A stretch of 55,074 nucleotides of DNA from NCBI GenBank assembly GCA_036794995.1, contig DAIRFP010000002.1, positions 2,744-57,817 of the forward strand, written 5' to 3'. Source of the stretch: Thermodesulfobacteriota bacterium (GTDB lineage: Bacteria; Desulfobacterota; Binatia; UBA9968). A program made the position numbers and the translations under genes. The notes under the pieces were generated by a model. The model saw only the letters and a program-made list of their open reading frames with translations. It had not been told where the DNA came from and made no database searches. How positions within the stretch are numbered: the stretch's first letter is position 1; each line of letters opens with the position of its first letter. Shown one piece after another: positions 35,126 through 44,941 of this stretch.

Positions 35126-35941
35126 GTGGCACAAACCAAGTTACAGGCGACAGGATTGCGGCACGAGTATTATCAGCCGCGAACGGGCGGAAGGCTCTTG
35201 GCCCTGGATAACATCAACCTGCAAGTCGACGACGGTGAATTCGTCACCATCGTGGGTCCCAGCGGCTGCGGCAAGACCACTTTCATCAACCTCTGCGACG
35301 GATTGCTCAAACCCACGGCAGGCCAGATTGCTATCGATGGGCAGGTCGTGACCGGACCCGGCACGGACCGAGGGATGGTTTTTCAGGATTCCTGTCTGTT
35401 GCCGTGGCGGACCGTCTTTAAGAACGTCATCTTTGGATTGGAGTGCCAGGGGTTGGACAACGGTGAGGGTCAAGAACGCGCAAAAAAGTTCATCAACCTA
35501 GTGGGACTTCAGGGTTTCGAAGATCACTACCCCCACGAGTTATCCGGCGGTATGCAACAGCGCTGTAACCTAGCCAGAGCGCTAACCATAGATCCGCAGA
35601 TTTTGATTATGGATGAGCCGTTTGCCGCCCTTGACGCGCAGACCCGTGAGATCATGCAATTGGAATTGCTGCGTATCTGGCGCGAGGCAGGCAAGACCGT
35701 TCTGTTTATTACCCACCAGATCAACGAGGCGATTTACCTGGCAGACCGTGTTATCGTTTTCGGCGCGCGCCCCGGCAAAGTGAAGGAAATGATAAAGATC
35801 GATATCCCGCGCCCTCGGCCCCTTTCAACGAAGCGGGAGAAAAAGTTTTTAGAGTATGAAGATCATCTCTGGAACCTGATTGAAGAAGAGGTCAAAAAGA
35901 CCATGGTTCAAGACCAGGTCGTCCACAATATCGACGCCTAA
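35126..35941 (+). CDS. ABC transporter ATP-binding protein, NitT/TauT (SsuB/TauB-like) family
   Basis: GPSGCGKTT (Walker A), LSGGMQQR, ILIMDEPF. GTG start with AAGGAGG 4 nt upstream. Confidence 0.9.
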   Translation: MAQTKLQATGLRHEYYQPRTGGRLLALDNINLQVDDGEFVTIVGPSGCGKTTFINLCDGLLKPTAGQIAIDGQVVTGPGTDRGMVFQDSCLLPWRTVFKNVIFGLECQGLDNGEGQERAKKFINLVGLQGFEDHYPHELSGGMQQRCNLARALTIDPQILIMDEPFAALDAQTREIMQLELLRIWREAGKTVLFITHQINEAIYLADRVIVFGARPGKVKEMIKIDIPRPRPLSTKREKKFLEYEDHLWNLIEEEVKKTMVQDQVVHNIDA

Positions 35942-35963
35942 ACCGGCATAGGAGTTTTGCAGG

Positions 35964-37655
35964 GTGCGGAGGTTCAACTCCCAGACCCTTATTCTAATAG
36001 GGGCGACGCTTTTTGTTCTGTATCTGGCAGGCGTGCCTCTCGTCATGCTTCTTTATGGAAGCATCCGCAGCGCGCCCATCGGAGAACCTGGAGCTACCTT
36101 CACCATTCAGAACTACATCAAGGCCTATGTCGATAAAGAGTTCTACCTCCTTTTCCTGAACTCCATCTATTACGGCTTGGGCACATGTGTCGTTACTTTT
36201 CTTTTGGGCACCTATCTTGCCTGGGTCAGCGAGCGAACCAATACTCCATTCAAGAAGTTGTTCGTGGTGATGGCGCTGATTCCGTTCATTATTCCCGGAA
36301 TCCTCAGCACCATCGCATGGATATTGCTCCTGAGCCCCAAAATCGGCCTGATCAATCTAGTCTTAAAAGGAGCCCTAGGATTGGAATCGGCCCCATTCAA
36401 CGTTTACTCCATGTGGGGAATGGTTTGGGCCGAGGCGATTCATCTCTATCCTCTGGTATTTCTCCTTATGTCCGCGGCGTTTCGCAACATGGATACCTCG
36501 TTAGAGGAGGCCGCGCTGACCGCCGGATCGAGCACCTTTACGACCTTCCGACGAGTCACCCTTCCGCTGATGCGCCCCGCCATGTTCAGCGTGCTTTTGA
36601 TTGTCTTCATTCGTGGCATTGAGGCTTTTGAAGTGCCGGCGTTGATCGGGGTCCCCGCAAAGATCTCGGTTTTTACCACGAAGATCTTTCTTGCCATCCA
36701 CCAGTTTCCGTCGGATTTTGGTTTGGCGGGGGCCTACGCGGTGACGCTGCTGGCGATCAGTACGACCGGCGTGCTTATCTACGGCAGGATCACTCGGCGC
36801 GAAGAGCGTTATGCGACGGTCACGGGTAAAGGATACCGTCCCCGGGTCATTGACCTTGGCGGCTGGAAATATGTTACTTGCGCGATCTCGTTTTTTATTT
36901 TCTTGCTCGCCGTGATTCTTCCAGTTTTCGTTTTACTTTGGTCTTCTTTTATTCCCTACTACGGGGTTCCTTCCCGCGAGCTCATGGCGAAAATGACTTG
37001 GGGAAACTATCAATACATTCTAAATTATCCGCTGGCTTTGACGGCTTTCAAAAACAGCTTTTACCTCTCCGTAGGTTCGGCCACTTTCGTTATGCTCTTA
37101 ACGTCGGTGATTGCCTGGATTACGGTGAAGACCAAGTTGCCCGGGCGGGCGCTGCTCGACAATATGACGTTTGTCCCCATCGCGATGCCGGGTATCGTTC
37201 TGGGCGTGAGTTTGATTTGGGTTTACCTAACGCTGCCGATCCCGATTTACGGGACGATTTGGGTCTTACTCCTTGCCTACATTACCAAGTTCATGCCCTA
37301 TGGTATTCGGGCGGCCTCAGCCTCGATGATCCAGATCAATAAGGAGCTCGAAGAGGCGTCCTTTACAGCCGGCGGCACCTGGTTTCAGACCTTCCGGAAG
37401 GTTATTCTGCCGTTGTTGATGCCGGGTTTTACCGCAGGCTGGATCTATATCAGCATCATCGCGCTGCGCGAGTTGTCTACCTCAATCTTGCTCTATTCCT
37501 ATAACAGCACTGTTCTTTCCATTATGGCCTTTGACCTTTGGGAAGGCGGGCAGTACACCTACGTTTGTGCATTGGGAGTGATGATGGTTTTATTGCTGGT
37601 CGCGATGGCTTTCACCGCACGAAAACTGGGTGCAAAGATAGGCATAGCCGAATAG
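35964..37655 (+). CDS. ABC transporter permease with two tandem transmembrane domains (FbpB/ThiP-like)
   Basis: 563 aa with about 12 TM segments. Two EAA-type loops are present: LEEAALTAGSSTFTTFRRVTLPL and LEEASFTAGGTWFQTFRKVILPL. Confidence 0.9.
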   Translation: MRRFNSQTLILIGATLFVLYLAGVPLVMLLYGSIRSAPIGEPGATFTIQNYIKAYVDKEFYLLFLNSIYYGLGTCVVTFLLGTYLAWVSERTNTPFKKLFVVMALIPFIIPGILSTIAWILLLSPKIGLINLVLKGALGLESAPFNVYSMWGMVWAEAIHLYPLVFLLMSAAFRNMDTSLEEAALTAGSSTFTTFRRVTLPLMRPAMFSVLLIVFIRGIEAFEVPALIGVPAKISVFTTKIFLAIHQFPSDFGLAGAYAVTLLAISTTGVLIYGRITRREERYATVTGKGYRPRVIDLGGWKYVTCAISFFIFLLAVILPVFVLLWSSFIPYYGVPSRELMAKMTWGNYQYILNYPLALTAFKNSFYLSVGSATFVMLLTSVIAWITVKTKLPGRALLDNMTFVPIAMPGIVLGVSLIWVYLTLPIPIYGTIWVLLLAYITKFMPYGIRAASASMIQINKELEEASFTAGGTWFQTFRKVILPLLMPGFTAGWIYISIIALRELSTSILLYSYNSTVLSIMAFDLWEGGQYTYVCALGVMMVLLLVAMAFTARKLGAKIGIAE

Positions 37656-37723
37656 CTAATAGTTTCGACATTTCACTTAACCTCTTCTGAAACAAGTTAG
37701 GCTCGACGAATTCGGGAGGCTCA

Positions 37724-38872
37724 ATGGCAGAAAAAAGAGAAATGGTCCAAATCGAGTCGCTGGAGAAATACTTTGGTGAGGACAAAGAGCGCGTTCATGT
37801 CCTCAAGGGGGTTTCCCTCAACATCCCCGAAGGTTCGCTCTATACGTTTTTAGGTCCGAGTGGATGCGGCAAAACGACGACGCTTCGCTGTGTCGCCGGT
37901 CTGGAAAGACCGGACGGGGGCAAAATCAGCATCGGGAGTCAAACCGTTTTTGCCTCCGGTGAGCGCGTTTACATTCCCACCAACAAACGGCCCATCGGCA
38001 TGGTCTTCCAATCTTATGCAATCTGGCCGCACATGACGGTGGCGGAAAACGTCGCCTATCCTCTCACGATACAACGCCGCCCAAAGGCTGAGATCAAGCA
38101 GAGAGTGCTGGATGTGCTGAAGATCGTTGGTCTTGACGGTCTGGAGGATCGGCCTGCCCCGAAACTTTCCGGGGGGCAGCAGCAGCGCGTCGCCTTTGCC
38201 CGAGCTCTCATAAACGAGCCCAAGGTCATGCTGTTGGATGAACCGTTGAGTAACCTCGACGCGAAGCTGCGTGTCCAGATGAGATCCGAGATCAAGGCTC
38301 TACAACGCCGGACAAGTATCACGACCATTTTTGTGACTCACGATCAGGCCGAAGCCCTGGCCATATCGGATCAGATTGCGGTTATGCACGGCGGCAAGCT
38401 TATCGAAATAGGCTCGCCTCATCAGCTTTATAGCCGTCCGAAGCGAAGGTTTACGGCAACCTTTTTGGGACTTACGAATTTGATTGCAGGGAAAGTACTG
38501 GAGGTGGACGGCGATTCGAGGCCCGGTAAAATGGAGACCAAAAGAGGCGTTCTAAGCTTCATTCCGGCACCGGGACTGAAAAAAGACCAAGCCGCGGTCA
38601 TTTCGATCCGGCCGGAAAATATCCCGGTGCATAAAGAAAAGCCGCACTCTTTAGAAAACGTCGTCGAAGGAACGGTCAAAGAGGCGATTTTCATGGGCGA
38701 CGCCTATCACTGTAAAATCGCGGTGGGCGATGATCTGTTGGCTGTGCATACTCATCCATTCAACCATATCAGTCCCGGGGAGAAGGTCTATCTGCATTTG
38801 GATCCGCGGAGTTGCAATGGCCTGCCTGCGGATGATACGGAAGGTGTTGATGAAAGTATGTTAGGCGATTAA
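37724..38872 (+). CDS. ABC transporter ATP-binding protein with C-terminal TOBE-like domain (FbpC/PotA-like)
   Basis: [36 protein letters not shown] ~130-aa C-terminal extension follows. Confidence 0.9.
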   Translation: MAEKREMVQIESLEKYFGEDKERVHVLKGVSLNIPEGSLYTFLGPSGCGKTTTLRCVAGLERPDGGKISIGSQTVFASGERVYIPTNKRPIGMVFQSYAIWPHMTVAENVAYPLTIQRRPKAEIKQRVLDVLKIVGLDGLEDRPAPKLSGGQQQRVAFARALINEPKVMLLDEPLSNLDAKLRVQMRSEIKALQRRTSITTIFVTHDQAEALAISDQIAVMHGGKLIEIGSPHQLYSRPKRRFTATFLGLTNLIAGKVLEVDGDSRPGKMETKRGVLSFIPAPGLKKDQAAVISIRPENIPVHKEKPHSLENVVEGTVKEAIFMGDAYHCKIAVGDDLLAVHTHPFNHISPGEKVYLHLDPRSCNGLPADDTEGVDESMLGD

Positions 38873-38915
38873 GATAGACTTTGGGTTTTGGTGAGATGAA
38901 AGGAGAGTCAAGCCT

Positions 38916-40403
38916 ATGACTGCATTGGAAGCGCGAAAGCTCGCTGAGGAAGATCTAAGGGCCGGAAAAACTCCGAGCTACACGGATCTGCGCGAATGGT
39001 TGGAGATCGTTGACAGCTTTGGTGAACTCAAAAAGGTGGACGGTGTCGATTGGAATCTAGAAATGGGGACGTTGTCCGAGCTGATCGCCCGGGAAAGCAA
39101 AGGGGCTGTACCGGCGGTTTTGTTCGACAACGTTAAGGATTATCCCAAGGGTTATCGGGTGCTGTTCGCTCAGAACGCTTCGTTTAAGCGGATGGCATTG
39201 AATCTAGGTTTGCCGATGGATCTTGCGAATTTGGACTTGGTTCGGGCCTTGCGCCAGAAGCTGACAACCCATCAACCGATTCCGGCCAAGACTGTTACCA
39301 AAGGTCCGATCCTGGAAAACGTGATGTCGGGCAACGATGTCAATCTTCTCAAATTCCCGGTGCCTTTGATCCACGAACTGGACGGAGGCCGATTTATCGG
39401 CACGGCGTGCCTCGTGATCACCCGCGATCCCGACGAAGGTTGGGTCAATTTCGGTGCCTACCGAGGGATGGTGCAAGATGAAAAGAGCATGAGTTGCTAT
39501 ATCTCGCCGGGGAAGCACGGTACCATCCAACGCTCGAAGTATTTCGAGAAAGGCAAGCCTTGCCCCGTGATCATCTGTGTCGGTCAGGACCCGGTGCTAT
39601 TCATGGTCTCAGGTAACGAGATCGACTATGGCGTGTCGGAATTCGATTATGCCGGCGGGCTGAAGGGCGCGCCCATTGAGGTCATTGAAGGCAAAGCCAC
39701 CGGGCTGCCATTTCCGGCCCATGCCGAGATCGTCATCGAAGGTTTCATGGATCCTAATGATCGCAAGACCGAGGGACCTTTCGGCGAGTGGACCGGCTAC
39801 TATGCCAGCTCCAGCCGTCCGGAACCGGTGGTTCGCGTGCAAAATATCTATTACCGTAACGACCCGATCTTGACCTGCGCGCGTCCCGGCCGTCCGCCTT
39901 CCGACTACTCCATCGCCAAATGCATGGTGAAATCGGCGCTCATCTGGGAGCAGGTCGAAAAATGCGGCGTGCCCGATGTGAAGGGCGTATGGTGCCACGA
40001 GGCCGGTGGAGGCCGCTTGTTCAACATCATTTCCATCAAACAGCGCTACCCCGGCCATGCGCGCCAGGCGATGCTGGCTGCTTCGCAGGTCCACGCCGGG
40101 GCTTATCTTGGCCGCTATGTGATCGTCGTCGATGAGGATATCGATCCGACCAACACGTTCGATGTCATCTGGGCGTTGTCCAGCCGCTCTGATCCCGTGG
40201 AGTCCATTGAGATCCTGCGCCGCTGCTGGAGTGGTCCGCTGGATCCGAGAATTCAACCAGGCAAAAAGGGCTTCAATTCTCGCGCCGTTATCGATGCCTG
40301 CCGTCCGTTCGAGTGGATGAAAGATTTCCCGCCGGTGGCGGAATCGACACCGGAACTGAAGGAGAAGATTCGCGCGAAGTGGAAGAAAGTGATCGACGGC
40401 TAA
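38916..40403 (+). CDS. UbiD-family (prFMN-dependent) decarboxylase
   Basis: 495 aa. LKFPVPLIHELDGGRFIGTACLVITRDPDEGWVNFGAYRGMV and GPFGEWTGYY are characteristic of this family. Confidence 0.85.
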   Translation: MTALEARKLAEEDLRAGKTPSYTDLREWLEIVDSFGELKKVDGVDWNLEMGTLSELIARESKGAVPAVLFDNVKDYPKGYRVLFAQNASFKRMALNLGLPMDLANLDLVRALRQKLTTHQPIPAKTVTKGPILENVMSGNDVNLLKFPVPLIHELDGGRFIGTACLVITRDPDEGWVNFGAYRGMVQDEKSMSCYISPGKHGTIQRSKYFEKGKPCPVIICVGQDPVLFMVSGNEIDYGVSEFDYAGGLKGAPIEVIEGKATGLPFPAHAEIVIEGFMDPNDRKTEGPFGEWTGYYASSSRPEPVVRVQNIYYRNDPILTCARPGRPPSDYSIAKCMVKSALIWEQVEKCGVPDVKGVWCHEAGGGRLFNIISIKQRYPGHARQAMLAASQVHAGAYLGRYVIVVDEDIDPTNTFDVIWALSSRSDPVESIEILRRCWSGPLDPRIQPGKKGFNSRAVIDACRPFEWMKDFPPVAESTPELKEKIRAKWKKVIDG

Positions 40404-40426
40404 ACCGAAGTCTAAGTCTGTGCCTT

Positions 40427-40469
40427 AGAAAGGGGTAGCTAATTCCGACGGCTACCCCTTTCTATTTTG
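40427..40469. terminator. Intrinsic terminator between convergent genes
   Basis: Perfect 13-bp stem AGAAAGGGGTAGC (40427-40439) / GCTACCCCTTTCT (40451-40463) with an 11-nt loop, followed by ATTTTG on the plus strand. Confidence 0.7.
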
Positions 40470-40474
40470 CCAAA

Positions 40475-41170
40475 CTACAATATTAGAGGAAGACGTTCGG
40501 TAAGAGCAATTGCTTGAGGGGTGACGTAGGCAGCGTAGGGCAGGGCTTCGACACCGGCTTTAACGGCCCGGCGTAACCAGCGGCCATATTCCTGGTCGAT
40601 TTCGTCGGCGGGTCTAAAGCTACTGCAATCGTTCCGCTGAATTACGAAAACCAGGGCGGCGCGATGTCCTTGGCGCCGAAGCCAGATCAGTTCTTTAAGA
40701 TGCTTGGTGCCGCGCTCGCTGACCGAATCGGGAAACGCGGCTGCGCCGCCGACGGCAAGGGTGACGTTCTTAACCTCTACGAAGCAAGACCCGATGCTTC
40801 CTTGCAGGCAGAGATCGAGCCGCGTTCCTTGACGGGTAACGACTTCACGCCGGACGCTAGCATAGCCTTGCAGCTCAGGAATCGCGCCGCTGGCAATGGC
40901 TTCGGCCACCAGATGATTCGGGTGCATCGTGTTGATGCCGACCCAAGTTCGGCCGACTCGAATCATTTCCCAGGTGTAAAGAAGACGCCTTCCCTCCCTG
41001 TCGCAACGCGAGATATACACTACGCTACCGGCTTCTTTACAGCCCATCATACTGCCGGTATTGGTACAATGAGCAGTGACGACCTCGCCGCTAGCGAGCT
41101 GTACGTCGGCGAGAAAGCGTTGGTAGCGTTGGATCAGGGTGCCGCGGATCAGGCGTGAAGGAAAGCGCAT
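40475..41170 (-). CDS. sfsA: SfsA-family nuclease / sugar fermentation stimulation protein homologue
   Basis: GTLIQRYQRFLADVQL...VTAHCTNTGSM is the canonical SfsA N-terminus. The start was moved to the ATG at 41170. Confidence 0.8.
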   Translation of the reverse strand: MRFPSRLIRGTLIQRYQRFLADVQLASGEVVTAHCTNTGSMMGCKEAGSVVYISRCDREGRRLLYTWEMIRVGRTWVGINTMHPNHLVAEAIASGAIPELQGYASVRREVVTRQGTRLDLCLQGSIGSCFVEVKNVTLAVGGAAAFPDSVSERGTKHLKELIWLRRQGHRAALVFVIQRNDCSSFRPADEIDQEYGRWLRRAVKAGVEALPYAAYVTPQAIALTERLPLIL

Positions 41171-41269
41171 GGTCTGGAAATATGATTCAGCGCACTTTTG
41201 CGGGTTTTGTTGCAGTGGCAATGCCGCTTTGTTAGTTTCGACGAGTGAATATTCAGAATTGGAGCCTTA

Positions 41270-43498
41270 ATGTCAAGCCAACAATTGAAGGTCGTTGGTC
41301 ATAGTGTTCCGCGAGTCGACGGGATTGAAAAGGTTACGGGCAAGGCCAAATTCCTCGGGGACTTGATGATTCCGGGGATGCTTCACGGCAAGATCCTGCG
41401 CAGCGTCTATCCCCATGCGCGAATTCTTGCCATCGACACTTCAAGAGCAGAAGCATTGCCCGGGATCGCTGCCGTGCTCACCGCGGCGGATCTCGGCGAT
41501 CTCGTGCCTATCTATAATGGTCGTCCGGTGATTGCCGCGAACAAGGTTCGTTACGTCGGCGAACCGGTGGCGGCCGTGGCGGCGGCGGACCCGGAAACGG
41601 CGGAGGAGGCGATCTCGCTTGTCGACGTTCAATACGAAGAACTACCCACGGTGATTGGCATCGCAGCGGCCCGCGCCGCCGGCGCGCCGCTGATACACGA
41701 AGATCGTAGTGACAATATCTGCAGCCACGAGCGGGTCGAACGGGGCAACATTAAAGCGGGCTTTGCTCAATCGGACGTCGTCGTCGAAGACCGATTTACC
41801 TTTCCTATGGTTTATCACTACGCGATGGAGCCTCACGCCGTAATCGCCCATTGGAACGACGAGGGCTTGACGGTCTGGTCCTCGGCGCAGCATCCGTTTC
41901 AGGTGCGCGGCGACATTGCGAAAGTGTTTCGTATTCCTCCGTCGCGAGTTCGGATAGTGATTTCGTATTTGGGCGGCGGTTACGGTAGCAAGTCTTACAC
42001 GAAGTTTGAACCGCTGGTGGTGGCGCTGGCGCGCAAAGCCAACGCCCCGGTGCGGGTGTGCAATTCCGTTTCCGACTCGATGCTTACCGTGCGACGCCAT
42101 GCGGCCGAGGTCAGAGTTAAAACCGGTTTCAAGCAAGACGGCACGCTGATGGCCCGGGAGGCGGAAATTTACTTGGATACCGGAGCTTATGACGACAACG
42201 GGCCCCAGGTGACGATCCGCGCAGCGACCCGAGTCTTGGGTCCCTATCGGATTCCGAACATCCTCACCAACGCGTATTCCGTCTATACGAACGCAGGCTC
42301 GGCGGGTTCTTTTCGCGCCATCGGTGCGCCTCAGGTAATATTCGCCGGAGAATCTCAGATCGACATTGCGGCGGTCCGTTTGGGAATGGACCCGGCTGAG
42401 CTGAGATTAAAGAATCTACTAAAAAAAGGTGAAGAGCTTCGTCCGGGATTGAAAGGCATCGATGCCAATTTAGCTGCCGGTTTAAAGAAGCTTATTAAGG
42501 CATGCCAATGGAAAAAGTCGGTCGCCAAAACGGCGACGCCGGTGGGCCTGGCCTGTGCCGTGACCAACGCCGGAGCGACACCGGTTTCCGTAGCGATGGC
42601 TCGATTGCAGTCCGATGGTATCGTCAACATTCTCGCCGCCAGCACGGAAATGGGGCAGGGGGTCCGGACGGTCTTAGCGCAGATTGCCGGAGAAGAACTG
42701 ACTATCCCCTTGGATCAGATTGTTATCGGCGGTGCCGACACGAAAGTCACACCCTACGACAGCTCCACCGGTTCCAGCCGCTCCACGACTTGCATGGGAA
42801 ACGCGGTGCAGGCGGCGGCGCGGGATCTAAAGCAGCAATTGATTAAGATCGCCGCCGAGACATTTCGGGTGCCGCAAAGCCAGGTGAAACTCCAAGACGG
42901 CACGCTTGTCTGCGGCGAGGCGCGTCTTAATTTCAAGGAGGCTTTGGAGCGGCGCTTCGGCAAAGGTTCCGGCGGCGAGCTCATCGGCCGAGGCGATACG
43001 ACTCCGTCGCTCACGGACAACCAGCTGCCGGTCTTCTGGGAAGTGGGAATGGGGATGGTTGAACTGGATATCGATGAAGAGACTGGGCAAGTTCGGATCA
43101 AGCGGCTCATCTCGGTGGCGGATGTCGGGAAAGCGATTCACCCCGAAGGCTGTATCGGCCAGGAAGAAGGAGCGGCCATGATGGGAATCGGTCATACCCT
43201 TTTCGAACAGATGATATACGATGCCAATGGCCAGCTGCTCAATCCGAATCTGGTCGATTATCGCGTGCCCAGCTTTAACGACGTGCCTGAAGAGTTTCAC
43301 ACGGTGTTGGTGGAAAACGAAGATGGTCCCGGACCGTATGGTGTTCGCGGAATGGGTGAAGGGGGGCTGTTATCCGTTGCCCCCTCGGTCACCAACGCGT
43401 TTGCCCGCTTTACCGGTATACGCCTCAAGGACTTACCCTTGACTCCCGAGCGGGTATGGCGAGCGTTAAAGCAACAAAAATCAAGAGCGTCCGACTAA
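41270..43498 (+). CDS. Second Mo-hydroxylase large (Moco) subunit, without adjacent FeS/FAD subunits
   Basis: LKVVGHSVPRVDGIEKVTGKAKFLGD, GGGYGSK, and the C-terminal GMGEGGLLSVAPSVTNA. 742 aa. Confidence 0.9.
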   Translation: MSSQQLKVVGHSVPRVDGIEKVTGKAKFLGDLMIPGMLHGKILRSVYPHARILAIDTSRAEALPGIAAVLTAADLGDLVPIYNGRPVIAANKVRYVGEPVAAVAAADPETAEEAISLVDVQYEELPTVIGIAAARAAGAPLIHEDRSDNICSHERVERGNIKAGFAQSDVVVEDRFTFPMVYHYAMEPHAVIAHWNDEGLTVWSSAQHPFQVRGDIAKVFRIPPSRVRIVISYLGGGYGSKSYTKFEPLVVALARKANAPVRVCNSVSDSMLTVRRHAAEVRVKTGFKQDGTLMAREAEIYLDTGAYDDNGPQVTIRAATRVLGPYRIPNILTNAYSVYTNAGSAGSFRAIGAPQVIFAGESQIDIAAVRLGMDPAELRLKNLLKKGEELRPGLKGIDANLAAGLKKLIKACQWKKSVAKTATPVGLACAVTNAGATPVSVAMARLQSDGIVNILAASTEMGQGVRTVLAQIAGEELTIPLDQIVIGGADTKVTPYDSSTGSSRSTTCMGNAVQAAARDLKQQLIKIAAETFRVPQSQVKLQDGTLVCGEARLNFKEALERRFGKGSGGELIGRGDTTPSLTDNQLPVFWEVGMGMVELDIDEETGQVRIKRLISVADVGKAIHPEGCIGQEEGAAMMGIGHTLFEQMIYDANGQLLNPNLVDYRVPSFNDVPEEFHTVLVENEDGPGPYGVRGMGEGGLLSVAPSVTNAFARFTGIRLKDLPLTPERVWRALKQQKSRASD

Positions 43499-43554
43499 GG
43501 AAATCCTCTTTGCGATGAAGGTCCGGCGCTAACGGTCGAATCCTGGAGACTACA

Positions 43555-44052
43555 GTGAATGCACCGAACAACCCAAGCTTCGAAATCAGACCCGCTACTG
43601 AAGCCGATCTCACCGCTATTCTAGCCTTCATTCGGAAGCTCGCCGATTACGAGCGGCTTTCCCAGGAGGTGGTGGCCACGGAAGAACTGCTCCGGGAGAC
43701 CTTATTCGGTAACCGGCGGACAGCAGAGGTTGCCATCGGTTATCTTGAAACCAAGCCCATCGGCTTTGTTTTGTTCTTCCATAACTATTCGACGTTCCTC
43801 GGAAGACCAGGCCTTTACATCGAAGATCTGTTCGTCGATGAGGTCTACCGCCGACGCGGCTATGGCCGTAGGTTGCTGCTCCATGTCGCGCGATTGGCGA
43901 AAGAACGCGGTTGCGGACGCCTCGAGTGGTCGGTACTCGACTGGAATGAGCCGGCGATCAATTTCTATAAGAAACTGGGCGCCGTACCTATGAGCGATTG
44001 GACGGTTTTTCGAGTCACGGGTAAGAGCCTGGACGAGTTGTCCAGCGCGTAA
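43555..44052 (+). CDS. GNAT-family N-acetyltransferase
   Basis: FEIRPATEADL and the acetyl-CoA motif RRRGYGRRLL. 165 aa, GTG start. Confidence 0.85.
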   Translation: MNAPNNPSFEIRPATEADLTAILAFIRKLADYERLSQEVVATEELLRETLFGNRRTAEVAIGYLETKPIGFVLFFHNYSTFLGRPGLYIEDLFVDEVYRRRGYGRRLLLHVARLAKERGCGRLEWSVLDWNEPAINFYKKLGAVPMSDWTVFRVTGKSLDELSSA

Positions 44053-44090
44053 GAGTCGGGCAGCTGCACGGCGGATTTGCAGCGGTTCGG

Positions 44091-44777
44091 TCAGTTTCTA
44101 TGGGCTTTGGTCCGGAGCGGTACCGCCATGGAGAGACGAGTTCCTTTGCCTGGAGCCGTTTCAATGGAGAGCTGTCCGCCGACTTTCTCGATTCTTTCCC
44201 TCATTCCCTTAAGGCCGAAACCGCCGCTGCCTTCGGCTGTACTTATGTTAAACCCGACTCCATTATCGATCAGACTTACCTGGCAGGTAGTTTCGTCCTG
44301 AATCAAGGATAAATTCAATTCTGTCGCGCGAGAATGCCGTATGGCGTTGATAAGGCCTTCTCGTAAGGCAAAGTAAAGCTGTTGCTCTGTTTCATAGGGA
44401 AGATCGTGCGCGCCGATAGCGCACTCAAGGTCTAACTTCAATCCGGTGCGGGACCGGAAGATATCCATTTCTTCCTTGAGTCGTCGTTCCAGAGTGCCGG
44501 CAGCTAGATGCGCAGCCGGTCGTTTCTCCAGCAGAAGGCTCCGAATCTCAGTGGCGGCTTTATGGGCGGTTTCCGCGATCGTCTTAAGTTCCCGTTCGAG
44601 CTCCTCAGGCTTGCGCATCAGTTCGGTATAACAAAGCTCGGAACGCAACTGAATAGTGGTCAGTAACTGCAGCACGCGATCGTGCAACTCCCGGGAGATG
44701 CGTCGCCGCTCTTCCTCAACCGCTGCCGCCGCACCTGCGTTCCGGAGGCCGGTCTTGTTATTCCGTTTGGTTTTCAA
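44091..44777 (-). CDS. Soluble HisKA_3-type histidine kinase core (no sensor domain)
   Basis: H-box RRISRELHDRVLQ begins ~25 aa from the N-terminus. NAIRHS, IDNGVGF and GFGLKGMRERIE are present. 228 aa with no TM segment. Confidence 0.8.
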   Translation of the reverse strand: MKTKRNNKTGLRNAGAAAAVEEERRRISRELHDRVLQLLTTIQLRSELCYTELMRKPEELERELKTIAETAHKAATEIRSLLLEKRPAAHLAAGTLERRLKEEMDIFRSRTGLKLDLECAIGAHDLPYETEQQLYFALREGLINAIRHSRATELNLSLIQDETTCQVSLIDNGVGFNISTAEGSGGFGLKGMRERIEKVGGQLSIETAPGKGTRLSMAVPLRTKAHRN

Positions 44778-44941
44778 TTGTAACTAATGCCGGGATCCAC
44801 GTGCGTCAACCGCAAAAATAGTCCGCTCGATGGACATACTCTGGCGCCCCCAATATGAAACGAATGAACTCCGGCTCGCGGCCACTCAAGAAAATTTGCG
44901 TTCGGCGATTCGCAACGCCAAAGTTTTTATACCACATCAAT

